From Chloroflexota bacterium (lineage in GTDB: Bacteria > Chloroflexota > Dehalococcoidia > Lucifugimonadales > JADFKI01), in contig JACZVF010000002.1 of the NCBI GenBank assembly GCA_022572805.1, positions 1 through 43,693 of the forward strand: 43,693 nucleotides of DNA. Reading direction: 5' to 3'. Numbering within the stretch: position 1 is the first letter of the stretch; every line of letters begins with the position of its first letter. Under the pieces are notes generated by a model, which saw only the letters and a list, made by a program, of their open reading frames with translations, had not been told where the DNA came from and ran no database searches. Below, in pieces: positions 18,747 through 27,652 of the stretch. The translations under genes and the position numbers were made by a program.

Positions 18747-19958
18747 TTGGCGGAGAACTCGTCGGGCTCTTATCGGCTTTGGACCTGGGTAGCACTATTC
18801 ATCGCGGCGGGTTTTCCTGCGGTGATATTGAGATTTTCTGGGATTCACCTGCCGGCGCCGTTGGCAGCGCTGTTATTCGGCTTAGGTATAGTGGGTGGTG
18901 CCTTCCTGTTGTCGTGGGCCGCTGAGGTGGCACAGTTGGACGTGTCGGCGTCCCTGGCAATCGCTGTTCTCGCTCTCATAGCCATACTCCCGGAGTACGC
19001 CATCGAGGCCGTGCTGGCATCGCAGGCGGGGGCCTCGTTTAATCCGGAAGCGCCAGTTATTACCGATGCGATGGCAAGAGTGGCGGCCAACGTCACAGGT
19101 GCGAACAGGCTCCTCATCGGACTGGGGTGGTCTGCTGTAATACTTATCTACTGGCTCAAGCGCAAGCAACCGCTGGACATGCGCGGCTTCATGACTCTGG
19201 AGCTGCCGGTGCTGGCAATCGCGACGCTTCTGACACTGGTCATTTTCATAACTCAACAGGTCCACATGATTCTCGCGGCAGTGCTGATTGGCCTTTACCT
19301 CTTTTACCTGTGGGCCAGCTCAAAAAGGGAATCCGAGGAACCAGATCTGATCGGAGTCGCCGCGTTGCTGGGTTCCCTGAAAACCGGCCACCGGCGTGCC
19401 TGGGTTATCTTTCTATTCGTTTACGCCGCCGCCATAATCCTGGTTGCCGCAGAGCCTTTCGTGGAAGGCCTGGTGCTGTCCGGAGAGAGGCTGGGCATTG
19501 ACGAGTTCATCCTCATCCAGTGGCTCGCCCCTCTTGCATCGGAGTCACCGGAGATAATCATTGCGATTCTGTTTACCCTGCGAGCCAATCCCGTGGCCGG
19601 ACTGACCACTCTGATCTCGTCGGAAGTCAATCAACTCACTCTGCTAATTGGCAGCATGGTTTTGATATTCAGCTTCGCGTCGCCCGGCGTGCCACTGAGC
19701 TTCCCACTGGACGATAGGCAGTCCATAGAGTTCCTGCTGACGTCGGCCATGTCGGTATTCGCCATCCTTCTGATAGCTCCCAGGATCATCACGTGGAGGG
19801 CGGGTGCGGTACTGCTCGTGACGTTCGTGGCGCATCTTTTCTTCACCGATCCGCAGATGAGGCTGTATTTTGCATATGGTTTCTTCGCATTGGGTGGGGT
19901 GCTGGTGCTCATGAACTGGCGTCGGGTCATGCACATATTCGGCAACCCTACTGAATAG
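18747..19958 (+). CDS. CaCA-like (Na+/Ca2+ exchanger family) cation antiporter membrane protein
   Basis: About 11 TM segments. Two alpha-repeat-like segments are present (LIAILPEYAIEAV and LASESPEIIIAILF). A TTG start follows GAGGAGAGG. Confidence 0.6.
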   Translation: MAENSSGSYRLWTWVALFIAAGFPAVILRFSGIHLPAPLAALLFGLGIVGGAFLLSWAAEVAQLDVSASLAIAVLALIAILPEYAIEAVLASQAGASFNPEAPVITDAMARVAANVTGANRLLIGLGWSAVILIYWLKRKQPLDMRGFMTLELPVLAIATLLTLVIFITQQVHMILAAVLIGLYLFYLWASSKRESEEPDLIGVAALLGSLKTGHRRAWVIFLFVYAAAIILVAAEPFVEGLVLSGERLGIDEFILIQWLAPLASESPEIIIAILFTLRANPVAGLTTLISSEVNQLTLLIGSMVLIFSFASPGVPLSFPLDDRQSIEFLLTSAMSVFAILLIAPRIITWRAGAVLLVTFVAHLFFTDPQMRLYFAYGFFALGGVLVLMNWRRVMHIFGNPTE

Positions 19959-20221
19959 GTTTCCTTTCCGCGTGTTGGATTTCGCAATTTGGTATTCAGC
20001 CTTTCGAATGGATGTCGCATTGTCGGCATAAAAGCGGTGCATGCTCTGTTTAAACTCGTCTGCATCTGTGATCAATCGCAGAAGATTTGGGAGGGAACGA
20101 AGACCGATCATATCCAACGCCGAAACATGTAGTCTCTGTTTGACCTCACTGTTATCACCCTGCGGCTATAACGGTTTTACGTGACCCTGCAAGGAGTTGC
20201 ACATCGCAAACAGGGCTATGG

Positions 20222-20407
20222 GTGGTGCTGCTGTTCATACCCATAGCGAACTGGTTTGCCGGCTGGCACTACTGCAAAGAGCTGGCGCTTTTCACAAACG
20301 AAAAGTACCCCAGATTACTTATGTTTCTGCTCTGGGTGTTCTTTTCGCCCGCTGTTTGGTTCATGTCACAACGTGAGCTCAACCAGGCCTCCACGGCGCC
20401 CGCCTGA
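20222..20407 (+). CDS. Small two-TM membrane protein, start uncertain
   Basis: VVLLFIPIANWFAGWHYCKELA...LLMFLLWVFFSPAVWFMSQREL has membrane-protein composition. The only AAGGAG lies 25 nt upstream of the GTG, so this may be a fragment. Confidence 0.3.
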   Translation: MVLLFIPIANWFAGWHYCKELALFTNEKYPRLLMFLLWVFFSPAVWFMSQRELNQASTAPA

Positions 20408-20575
20408 CAGCGGCGCACGGCCTCTATATTCGGCGCGCACATAAAACCTGTCCCGCGTACCGTAACCGTTGCCATTCGCAACGGCTGTGCCGCTTTGAAT
20501 CTCTCGCCCAAAGGATATATCCTATTCAATGACTTTATGTAGGGATGCAACGCCTTCTCGGGGCGGAGGAGATTC

Positions 20576-23485
20576 ATGGTTACAAAGGCTGCGGAGTCCG
20601 ATACGAGGGAGCTTGTCGAAGAGTTGAGCCGCCTCGTTTCCGGCGAGGTCAGATTCGACAAGATGACCCGGATGCTCTATAGCACCGATGCCAGCCTTTA
20701 CCAGATAGAGCCCATCGGCGTTGTGCTGCCCAAAAACGCCGAGGACGTAATCGCGGTAGTCGAGACGGCCAACAGGCATGGCGTGCCTGTGCTCCCCCGT
20801 GGCGGTGGGACCAGCCTGGCCGGTCAGACCGTGGGGCAGGCCATCGTGGTGGACTTCTCCAAGTACATGCGGGACATCATTGAGGTAAACGAGGAAGAGG
20901 GTTGGGTCAGGGCCCAGCCGGGCATCATTCTCGACGAGCTAAACCACGAGATACGCTCCACCAATATGATGTTCGCTCCCGACCCCAGCACCAGCAACCG
21001 AGGCAATATTGGCGGCGCGCTGGGCAACAACTCCTGCGGCGCTCACTCCATCGTGTGGGGCAAGACCGTTGACAACGTGCACGATATGGACGTGGTCCTG
21101 TCCGACGGCGCGACGGCGAATTTCGGGGCGCTCAACGGCGCCCAGCTTGAGGCCAAGCTGCGCGCGGACGGCCTCGAAGGCGACATATACAGGACCATTT
21201 TTGCGGTGGGCGACGCCAACCGCGACGAGATTCTGGCCCGCTACCCCAAGATTCAGCGGCGGGTTTCCGGCTACAACCTGGATGAGTTCGTAGGCGGTAG
21301 CGAGTTCAACATGGCGCGCTTCGTCGTGGGCTCGGAGGGCACGCTGGTCACCATCACGGAGGCCAAGCTGAGGCTGGTGCCCATGCCAAAGTTCAAGGCG
21401 CTGTCCGTGCTGCATTTCGATGACCTCATCGAGTCGATGGAGGCCACTGTCATCGCCCTGGAGATCGACCCGTCCGCCGTGGAGCTCATTGGAAGCATGA
21501 TTCTGCGGCAGGCGCAGTCGAATCTGGCGTACGCCCGCATGACCGATTTCATCGTCGGGCAACCCGAGGCCCTGCTGGTCGTTGAGCTGACGGGCGAGAC
21601 CGAGTCCGAGCTAAACTCCAAGCTGGATGACCTGGAGGGACGCATGCGGCGCGGCGGCATGGGCTATGCAATGCCGCGGCTGACGAGCGCGTCGGACCAG
21701 GCCAATGTGTGGGATGTCCGCAAGGCCGGCCTGGGCCTGATGATGAACGTTCCGGGCGATGCCAAGCCCCTGCCGTTCGTGGAGGACACGGCCGTTGCGC
21801 CCGAGAAGCTGCCCGAGTTCGTAAAGCGCTTCGACGAGATAGTCCGTGCCCACGGCACAGAGGCCGGCTACTACGGGCACGCCAGCGTGGGGTGCCTTCA
21901 CATTCGCCCGCTTATCGATATCAAGCAGTCCGATGGCGTTGACACGATGGTGTCCATCGCCGAGGAGATAAGCGACCTTGTGCTGGAGTTCGGCGGGTCC
22001 CTCAGCGGCGAGCACGGCGATGGCCTTGTACGCAGTCCTTTCAACGAAAAGATGTTCGGAGGCCAGCTTTACCAGGCTTTCCGCGAGGTGAAGAAGGCCT
22101 TTGACCCCGACGGCATCATGAACCCCGGCAAGATAACGGACGCTGCCCCCATGACGGAGAATCTGCGATTGGGGCCGGGTTACAGCACCGTGCCCGTTAA
22201 GACTGGCTTTCATTATTCCGAGGAAGGTAGCTTCGCCCACGCCATCGAGATGTGCAACGGGCAGGGCGCCTGCCGAAAGGTCCTGGGCGGCACCATGTGC
22301 CCATCGTACATGGTGACCCGAGAGGAGGAGCACTCCACCCGCGGCCGGGCAAACGCCTTGCGCGGGGCGATGTCCGGCGCGCTGCCCGCCGGTTCGCTCA
22401 CCAGCAAACGATTGTTTGATGTCATGGACCTTTGTTTGGAGTGCAAGGGCTGCAAGGCCGAGTGTCCCTCCAACGTGGACATGACCAAGCTGAAGTACGA
22501 GTTCCTGGACAAGTATCACAAGGCCAACGGGTTCCCGCTTCGGAACCGTATATTCGGCAACGTGGCCGCCTTGAGCAGGCTGGGCTCGTTTTTCGCGCCA
22601 CTGACCAACTGGTCTATGAAGACCGGCGTGTTCAAAGACCTTCTGGAGAAATACGCCGGTGTGGATAGGCGACGGACACTTCCCCCACTTGCCGGCCAGA
22701 GCTTCACGCAGTGGTTTAGGGCCAGGGGTGGCTCGCCTGCGGCCAACGCCAGGCTGGGCCAGGTGCTCCTCTTCCCGGACACCTTCACGAACTACAACCA
22801 TCCGGAGCTTGGCCGGGCCGCGACGAAGGTCCTTGAGGGCATGGGCTTTCAGGTGGTGCTGCCCAAGGTGACCTGCTGCGGCCGGCCAATGCTTTCCAAG
22901 GGCATGATGGACAAGGCTAAATCGGCGGCGTTGACCAACGTGGACAGCATTTACGAGCATGTCAAGAACGGCGTCAAGCTGGTGGGCATAGAGCCCAGCT
23001 GCATCCTCAGCTTCAAGGACGACTACCCGGACCTGTTGGCGGACAACGAGCGTGCCAAGACCGTGGCCGAAAACACGATGCTTATCGAAGAGTTCGTGCT
23101 GTACGCCCAGGAAGAGCTGGGAGCCGAGCTCAAGTTCACGAAGCCGCCCAAGAAGGTTCTGCTGCATGGCCACTGCCACCAGAAGGCGCTGGTGGGCACG
23201 GCCCCGGCAATGCAGGTGCTGAACTCCATTCCCGGCTGCGACGCCAGGGAGATTCCATCGGGATGCTGCGGCATGGCCGGCTCCTTCGGCATGGAGAAGG
23301 AGCATTACGATATGTCCATGAGCATCGGCGAAATGACACTGTTCCCGGCCATACGCGACGCCATGCGCGCCGGGGAGGGCGAGTTTGAGATGGTTGCCGA
23401 GGGCATATCGTGTCGCCAGCAGATCCGGGACGGGACAGCCAAGTCGGCCAAGCATCTGGTCGAGCTGCTGGCGGACGCCATGTGA
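20576..23485 (+). CDS. FAD-linked oxidase fused to a 4Fe-4S / CCG-domain module (YdiJ-like D-2-hydroxyacid dehydrogenase)
   Basis: An N-terminal FAD_binding_4 domain (PRGGGTSLAGQ) is present. The middle region has the ferredoxin motifs CxxCxxCxxxCP (CLECKGCKAECP). The C-terminus has two CCG repeats (TCCG, GCCGMAG). At 969 aa the length resembles E. coli YdiJ. Confidence 0.85.
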   Translation: MVTKAAESDTRELVEELSRLVSGEVRFDKMTRMLYSTDASLYQIEPIGVVLPKNAEDVIAVVETANRHGVPVLPRGGGTSLAGQTVGQAIVVDFSKYMRDIIEVNEEEGWVRAQPGIILDELNHEIRSTNMMFAPDPSTSNRGNIGGALGNNSCGAHSIVWGKTVDNVHDMDVVLSDGATANFGALNGAQLEAKLRADGLEGDIYRTIFAVGDANRDEILARYPKIQRRVSGYNLDEFVGGSEFNMARFVVGSEGTLVTITEAKLRLVPMPKFKALSVLHFDDLIESMEATVIALEIDPSAVELIGSMILRQAQSNLAYARMTDFIVGQPEALLVVELTGETESELNSKLDDLEGRMRRGGMGYAMPRLTSASDQANVWDVRKAGLGLMMNVPGDAKPLPFVEDTAVAPEKLPEFVKRFDEIVRAHGTEAGYYGHASVGCLHIRPLIDIKQSDGVDTMVSIAEEISDLVLEFGGSLSGEHGDGLVRSPFNEKMFGGQLYQAFREVKKAFDPDGIMNPGKITDAAPMTENLRLGPGYSTVPVKTGFHYSEEGSFAHAIEMCNGQGACRKVLGGTMCPSYMVTREEEHSTRGRANALRGAMSGALPAGSLTSKRLFDVMDLCLECKGCKAECPSNVDMTKLKYEFLDKYHKANGFPLRNRIFGNVAALSRLGSFFAPLTNWSMKTGVFKDLLEKYAGVDRRRTLPPLAGQSFTQWFRARGGSPAANARLGQVLLFPDTFTNYNHPELGRAATKVLEGMGFQVVLPKVTCCGRPMLSKGMMDKAKSAALTNVDSIYEHVKNGVKLVGIEPSCILSFKDDYPDLLADNERAKTVAENTMLIEEFVLYAQEELGAELKFTKPPKKVLLHGHCHQKALVGTAPAMQVLNSIPGCDAREIPSGCCGMAGSFGMEKEHYDMSMSIGEMTLFPAIRDAMRAGEGEFEMVAEGISCRQQIRDGTAKSAKHLVELLADAM

Positions 23486-23567
23486 TGACGGCCGTTTCGC
23501 GGTTGGCGTATTTCGGCCCCGCTGCCTTCGTTTGACGCCACCGTCCGGGCTGCGGGAGGAGATGTTT

Positions 23568-26054
23568 ATGAGCATCCATGATTTCGAAGTCCCGGCGCAC
23601 AAGCTGAACACGGTGTGCGACCCCGACTCCCTGGGGTTTGAGACCACCGCCGAGGTAGAGCACCTGGACGGCACCATCGGCCAGGAGCGGGCCATGAGCG
23701 CGCTGGAGTTGGCCGTCGATATCGAGGCTGACGGCTACAACCTTTTCGTGTCGGGCGTCCCCGGCTCCGGAAGAAACACGGCCTTGCGCTCTTACCTTGA
23801 TAAGGTCGCATCAGCCAAGCCGAACCCGCCGGACTGGGGCTACGTCTACAACTTCGAGGAACCCTCTCAGCCGCTGGCCATCAGCATGACATGCGGCATG
23901 ATGCGCCAGCTAGGTCAGGACATGGACCAGCTGACCAGCGCATGCCGCCAGGAGATACCAAGAGCCTTCGACACGGACGACTACTCTCACCGAATCGAAG
24001 AGGTAATGCAGGAAATCCAGGAGAAACGCCAGTCCCAATCTACCGAGTTGGAGCAGGAGGCGCAGAGGCTGGGTTTCACCGTGTCGTTTACGCAGAGCGG
24101 CATTACGCCGGTGCCGCTTGTCGAGGGACGTCAGATGACCCAGGAGGAGTTCGCTAATCTCTCGGACGAACTTCGGGAGAGCTTCCGCACTCGCGCCGAT
24201 GAGGTTCAGCACGAAATCGCGCGCCTGACCCGCGAGATGCGGCGGCTGAACAAAGAGGCCTCCGACAAGACAAATGAGGTGGACACCGAGGTCGTGCGGG
24301 TAACCCTTTCGCCGATAATCGACGAGCTGCAGGGAAAGTACGCCGACTTTCCGAAGGTCGTTCAGTTCCTGGCCGATGTCGAGGCGGATATGGTTAGGAA
24401 CATCGATGTATTCAAGCCAAGCGAAGGCCCGCCAATGCCTGCGTCGCCACCCCAAATGCCGGCGCTGCCGAGCGACGGTGACGATTTCTTCATCCGCTAC
24501 AAGGTGAACTGCCTGGTGGACAACACCAACTGTCAGGGAGGGCCGGTGATATTCGAGTTCAGCCCTACCTACTACAACCTGTTTGGCCGTATCGATTACC
24601 GCGCCAGGGTCGGCACATTTACAACTGATCTCACGATGATAAAGGCGGGTGCGCTTCACAGGGCCAACGGCGGCTACCTGGTGCTGCAGGCCAGGGATGT
24701 GCTCCTCAGTCCCCTCTCCTGGGAGGCGCTGAAGCGCAGCCTGAGAAGCGGGGAGGTCCGCATCGAGAACATCGGGGAGCAGAATAGCCCATTGCCGTCG
24801 GCCACGTTGCGGCCCCAGGCTATACCCATTGACGCCAAGGTGATTATGGTCGGCAGCCCTCAGCTCATACAGATGCTCCGCTCCATGGACGAGGACGTCC
24901 GCAGGTACTTCAAGGTGAACGCCGATTTCGATACGGTAATGGACAGAAACCAGGAGAATGAGAAACAGTACGCCTCGTTCGTGGCCTCTAGGACCAGTGG
25001 CAACACTCTTATGCACTTCCACAAGACCGCAGTGGCCAGGGTCATCGACTACTCTTCGCGCCTGGTGGAAAACCAGGAAAAGCTGACGACTCGATTCCTG
25101 GATATCGCGGACATTCTGACCGAGGCCAACTACTGGGCCGACAAAGATAACGGCGATCTGGTCATGGGTGAGCACGTTTCCAAGGCCGTGGAGCAGAAAC
25201 GCTACCGGCTAAGTCTTACCGAGGACCACCTGCAGGAACTCATAGCAGAGGGCACCATCCACATTGCCACTGAAGGCAAGGCGGTTGGCCAGGTTAATGG
25301 GCTGGCCGTTTACTCCGTTGGCGACTACGCATTCGGCAAGCCCAGCAGAATATCGGCGCGCGTCTCCCTGGGTCGCGGCCAGCTCGTGAACATCGAACGC
25401 GAGACCGACCTGAGCGGCAAGATACACAGCAAGGGCTTCATGATACTTACGGGCTACATGCACGGTCAGTATGGTCAGGACAGGCCGCTGTCCCTTGCCG
25501 CCAGCATCGGCTTCGAGCAGACCTACAGCGAGGTGGATGGCGACAGCGCCTCCTCCACTGAGTTGTACGCCCTGATATCGGCTTTGTCGGGCATGCCGCT
25601 GGACCAGGGTATCGCAGTGACCGGCTCCGTGAACCAGGCGGGCGATGTGCAGGCCATCGGTGGCGCGACCTTCAAGATCGAGGGCTTCTTTGACGTTTGC
25701 AGCGCGGCGGGGCTTACAGGATCACAGGGCGTCATGGTGCCCAGGGACAACGTGAAAAACTTGATGCTGAGAGACGACGTGACGCAGGCGGTAAAAGACG
25801 GCAAGTTCCATATCTACGCGGTGAGCACCATAGACGAAGGGCTTGAGGTGCTTACCGGCGTTGCGGCGGGGGAGAGGCAGGAGGGCGGCACCTTCATGGA
25901 GGGCACGGTGCATCACGCGGTCGAGGCGCGGCTTGAGGAATTTGGCAGGAAGGCCAGGGAGTTCGCCAGGACAGGCGCCGCCTCCCAGCCTGAAGACGGG
26001 GATGAAGACGACAGTACGGTCTCCAATGACGCAGGGCTGTCCGCGAGGGCCTAG
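23568..26054 (+). CDS. Lon-like serine protease with degenerate AAA+ motifs (LonC-like)
   Basis: The C-terminal Lon protease domain is present (DGDSASSTELYALISALSG..., IGGATFKIEGF). The Walker A position reads GVPGSGRNT, with R in place of K. The Walker B position reads GGYLVLQARD, with no DE. The start is ATG 23568, 6 nt after GGGAGGAG. Confidence 0.8.
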   Translation: MSIHDFEVPAHKLNTVCDPDSLGFETTAEVEHLDGTIGQERAMSALELAVDIEADGYNLFVSGVPGSGRNTALRSYLDKVASAKPNPPDWGYVYNFEEPSQPLAISMTCGMMRQLGQDMDQLTSACRQEIPRAFDTDDYSHRIEEVMQEIQEKRQSQSTELEQEAQRLGFTVSFTQSGITPVPLVEGRQMTQEEFANLSDELRESFRTRADEVQHEIARLTREMRRLNKEASDKTNEVDTEVVRVTLSPIIDELQGKYADFPKVVQFLADVEADMVRNIDVFKPSEGPPMPASPPQMPALPSDGDDFFIRYKVNCLVDNTNCQGGPVIFEFSPTYYNLFGRIDYRARVGTFTTDLTMIKAGALHRANGGYLVLQARDVLLSPLSWEALKRSLRSGEVRIENIGEQNSPLPSATLRPQAIPIDAKVIMVGSPQLIQMLRSMDEDVRRYFKVNADFDTVMDRNQENEKQYASFVASRTSGNTLMHFHKTAVARVIDYSSRLVENQEKLTTRFLDIADILTEANYWADKDNGDLVMGEHVSKAVEQKRYRLSLTEDHLQELIAEGTIHIATEGKAVGQVNGLAVYSVGDYAFGKPSRISARVSLGRGQLVNIERETDLSGKIHSKGFMILTGYMHGQYGQDRPLSLAASIGFEQTYSEVDGDSASSTELYALISALSGMPLDQGIAVTGSVNQAGDVQAIGGATFKIEGFFDVCSAAGLTGSQGVMVPRDNVKNLMLRDDVTQAVKDGKFHIYAVSTIDEGLEVLTGVAAGERQEGGTFMEGTVHHAVEARLEEFGRKAREFARTGAASQPEDGDEDDSTVSNDAGLSARA

Positions 26055-26084
26055 TGGTCTACGTACGGCCGATGTTGTTTCCCT

Positions 26085-26378
26085 CTATGCCGACGTCACT
26101 TGTGACACACCGGGAGTCGTTCGATCGATGCTTATGGCTATGGAGTCCCTGGTGTATCTCACGCGTAAGTTGTCGCCGACCGATAGTCGGCCAAAAGTTA
26201 CGCTGTCCACTTCGATGGCCGCCGTGTTCACTATGATGAGAGGCATGCCTTCGGCGTTGGCCTCCTTGGCCTTCAACGGACCCTCCACCTCGTAGTAGGG
26301 CGGCAGCTTTCCCCTGATGGATTTCCACCAGCTTTTCAGTTCACTTATTGGTTGAATGGCGACAACAGTCATCCGCAA
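26085..26378 (-). CDS. Hypothetical protein (~95 aa)
   Basis: The ORF has reasonable composition. I recognise no family. It is convergent with the Lon-like gene. Confidence 0.4.
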   Translation of the reverse strand: MRMTVVAIQPISELKSWWKSIRGKLPPYYEVEGPLKAKEANAEGMPLIIVNTAAIEVDSVTFGRLSVGDNLRVRYTRDSIAISIDRTTPGVSQVTSA

Positions 26379-26498
26379 ATATTCGCACCAATCTCAAGTT
26401 CTCGTTGCATACTAGCACTGTGCCGGGAAACTTCAACGCTGAATGGGGTAGCGATAGGGTTGGTCATTAGACTGGAAGAAGCAGGGCACGGCTTAGTC

Positions 26499-26620
26499 AC
26501 TATCTCAAAAAGGCGGATGCCTTGTTCTCGCCCACCGTGGCGGCTCTTGTTCCTGGGGGCACATCCCCCAGCCCCTCTGGATTCCCCCGTGACGATTTGG
26601 AGATAGTTACTTATTAGTCA
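26499..26620 (+). repeat. Copy A of a ~100-120 nt structured repeat
   Basis: The sequence is ACTATCTCAAAAAGGCGGATGCCTTGTTCTCGCCCACC..CTCTTGTTCCTGGGGGCACATCCCCCAG..TTCCCCCGTGACGA. By hand alignment it is about 90% identical over about 98 nt to the reverse complement of 36828-36925. Confidence 0.85.
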
Positions 26621-26649
26621 CCGAGTGGTAAGCCGGCTACAAATGGGAC

Positions 26650-27600
26650 CTACAGGACTTCTTTAAGCGACGCCTCGATCTCCCCGAACCCGGTGAAGGA
26701 CTCGAATCTCTGGTGCACTATGCCTGAGCTGTCTATTACAAAAGACCACTCCGTGCTGGGTAGATTCCATTCCTTCACGGTGGGCGACACTATAGCCTTA
26801 CTCAAGTCCCCTTGAATTTCCTCGGGGTTATCGTAAATGTCCACGTGAATGAAGTTGGCCTGTCCCTTGTAGGCATCCTTAAGCCTCTGCAGCACGTCCA
26901 CCTGCGGGCCGCAGACTGCATTGGTGCAAAAGGCAGGGCTGGCCATCACGATTACGGTGGGTATGCCGGATACTACGGCGTCGGCGATGGAGATCTGGTA
27001 TAGGTCGGGGTCTTGCAACGAGCCGGTGGTGATCTCTGCGAGGCTGTCTACGTCGTGGATGGTCTTGCTATTGCTGGAGATGGCCTTTTCGCCCGCGCTC
27101 GGTGCGGCCGTTATCTCCTTGACCTGGAACTCCAGCTCGGCGCGAAGGGTCCGGGCGTTCTCGTCGAGTACACTTATCTCCAGCCGCCAGAGGCCGGGCC
27201 GGTCAAAGTCCATGTTGGCCGTGTAAATACCCCGAGTGTTAAGTGGGAAGGGGTTGAAGAAGGCCACAGAGGACTGATGTTGGTCCTCCGACTCCCCGCC
27301 GTCGCCTACAAAGTAGGTTGAGAATGTGGCCAGAGGCGAGCGCACCAGGCCCAGGGGTGAGATCAGGACGACGCCCACTCGCTGCCTGCCCAAGCCTAGG
27401 TCAGGCGTGCCGAAGATGGCTTGAAGCCCGTCGGCGGAGACTGGACCTTTGATGAGCGGGACCTCATCAAAGCGCGTCTCGACTACGGCCGATTCTTCGT
27501 CAGCGGCCGTACTCTGCGGGGCGACGGCAGGCGAGCATGCTATCGCCAGTGCGCCCACTGATATTGCAAGTGTCAGAAGCCATTGCTGTCGTTTCCTCAT
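26650..27600 (-). CDS. Thioredoxin-fold lipoprotein with an N-terminal Ig-like domain and a C-x4-C motif
   Basis: The signal peptide has a lipobox (LAIAC). The C-terminal redoxin-like region carries VIVMASPAFCTNAVCGP. Confidence 0.65.
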   Translation of the reverse strand: MRKRQQWLLTLAISVGALAIACSPAVAPQSTAADEESAVVETRFDEVPLIKGPVSADGLQAIFGTPDLGLGRQRVGVVLISPLGLVRSPLATFSTYFVGDGGESEDQHQSSVAFFNPFPLNTRGIYTANMDFDRPGLWRLEISVLDENARTLRAELEFQVKEITAAPSAGEKAISSNSKTIHDVDSLAEITTGSLQDPDLYQISIADAVVSGIPTVIVMASPAFCTNAVCGPQVDVLQRLKDAYKGQANFIHVDIYDNPEEIQGDLSKAIVSPTVKEWNLPSTEWSFVIDSSGIVHQRFESFTGFGEIEASLKEVL

Positions 27601-27652
27601 AATGCCTTGACCTTAGATATGCTCGTTTGGATGCTAAACCCGCTTGGGGGTC

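Noticed and set aside
19644-20117. 157-aa minus ORF
   Set aside because: Two thirds of it is antisense to the 3' end of the CaCA transporter gene. Only the first ~50 codons lie in intergenic DNA. At most it is a relic.
23385-23567. N-terminal extensions of track ORFs: the Lon-like gene here, plus dnaN 2184-2243, lactonase 31652-31765, SDR 10170-10199 and lexA 3056-3076
   Set aside because: Internal starts with good Shine-Dalgarno sites exist. In three of these cases a consensus promoter or the upstream gene's coding sequence lies inside the extension.
21611-23695. 694-aa minus-strand ORF
   Set aside because: It lies entirely antisense to the well-supported FAD/Fe-S dehydrogenase gene. Its Arg/Gly/His/Leu-rich composition is typical of shadow ORFs in GC-rich DNA, and no motifs are present.
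23910-25175. 421-aa minus-strand ORF
   Set aside because: It is antisense to the Lon-like protease gene. It has shadow-ORF composition and no recognisable domain.
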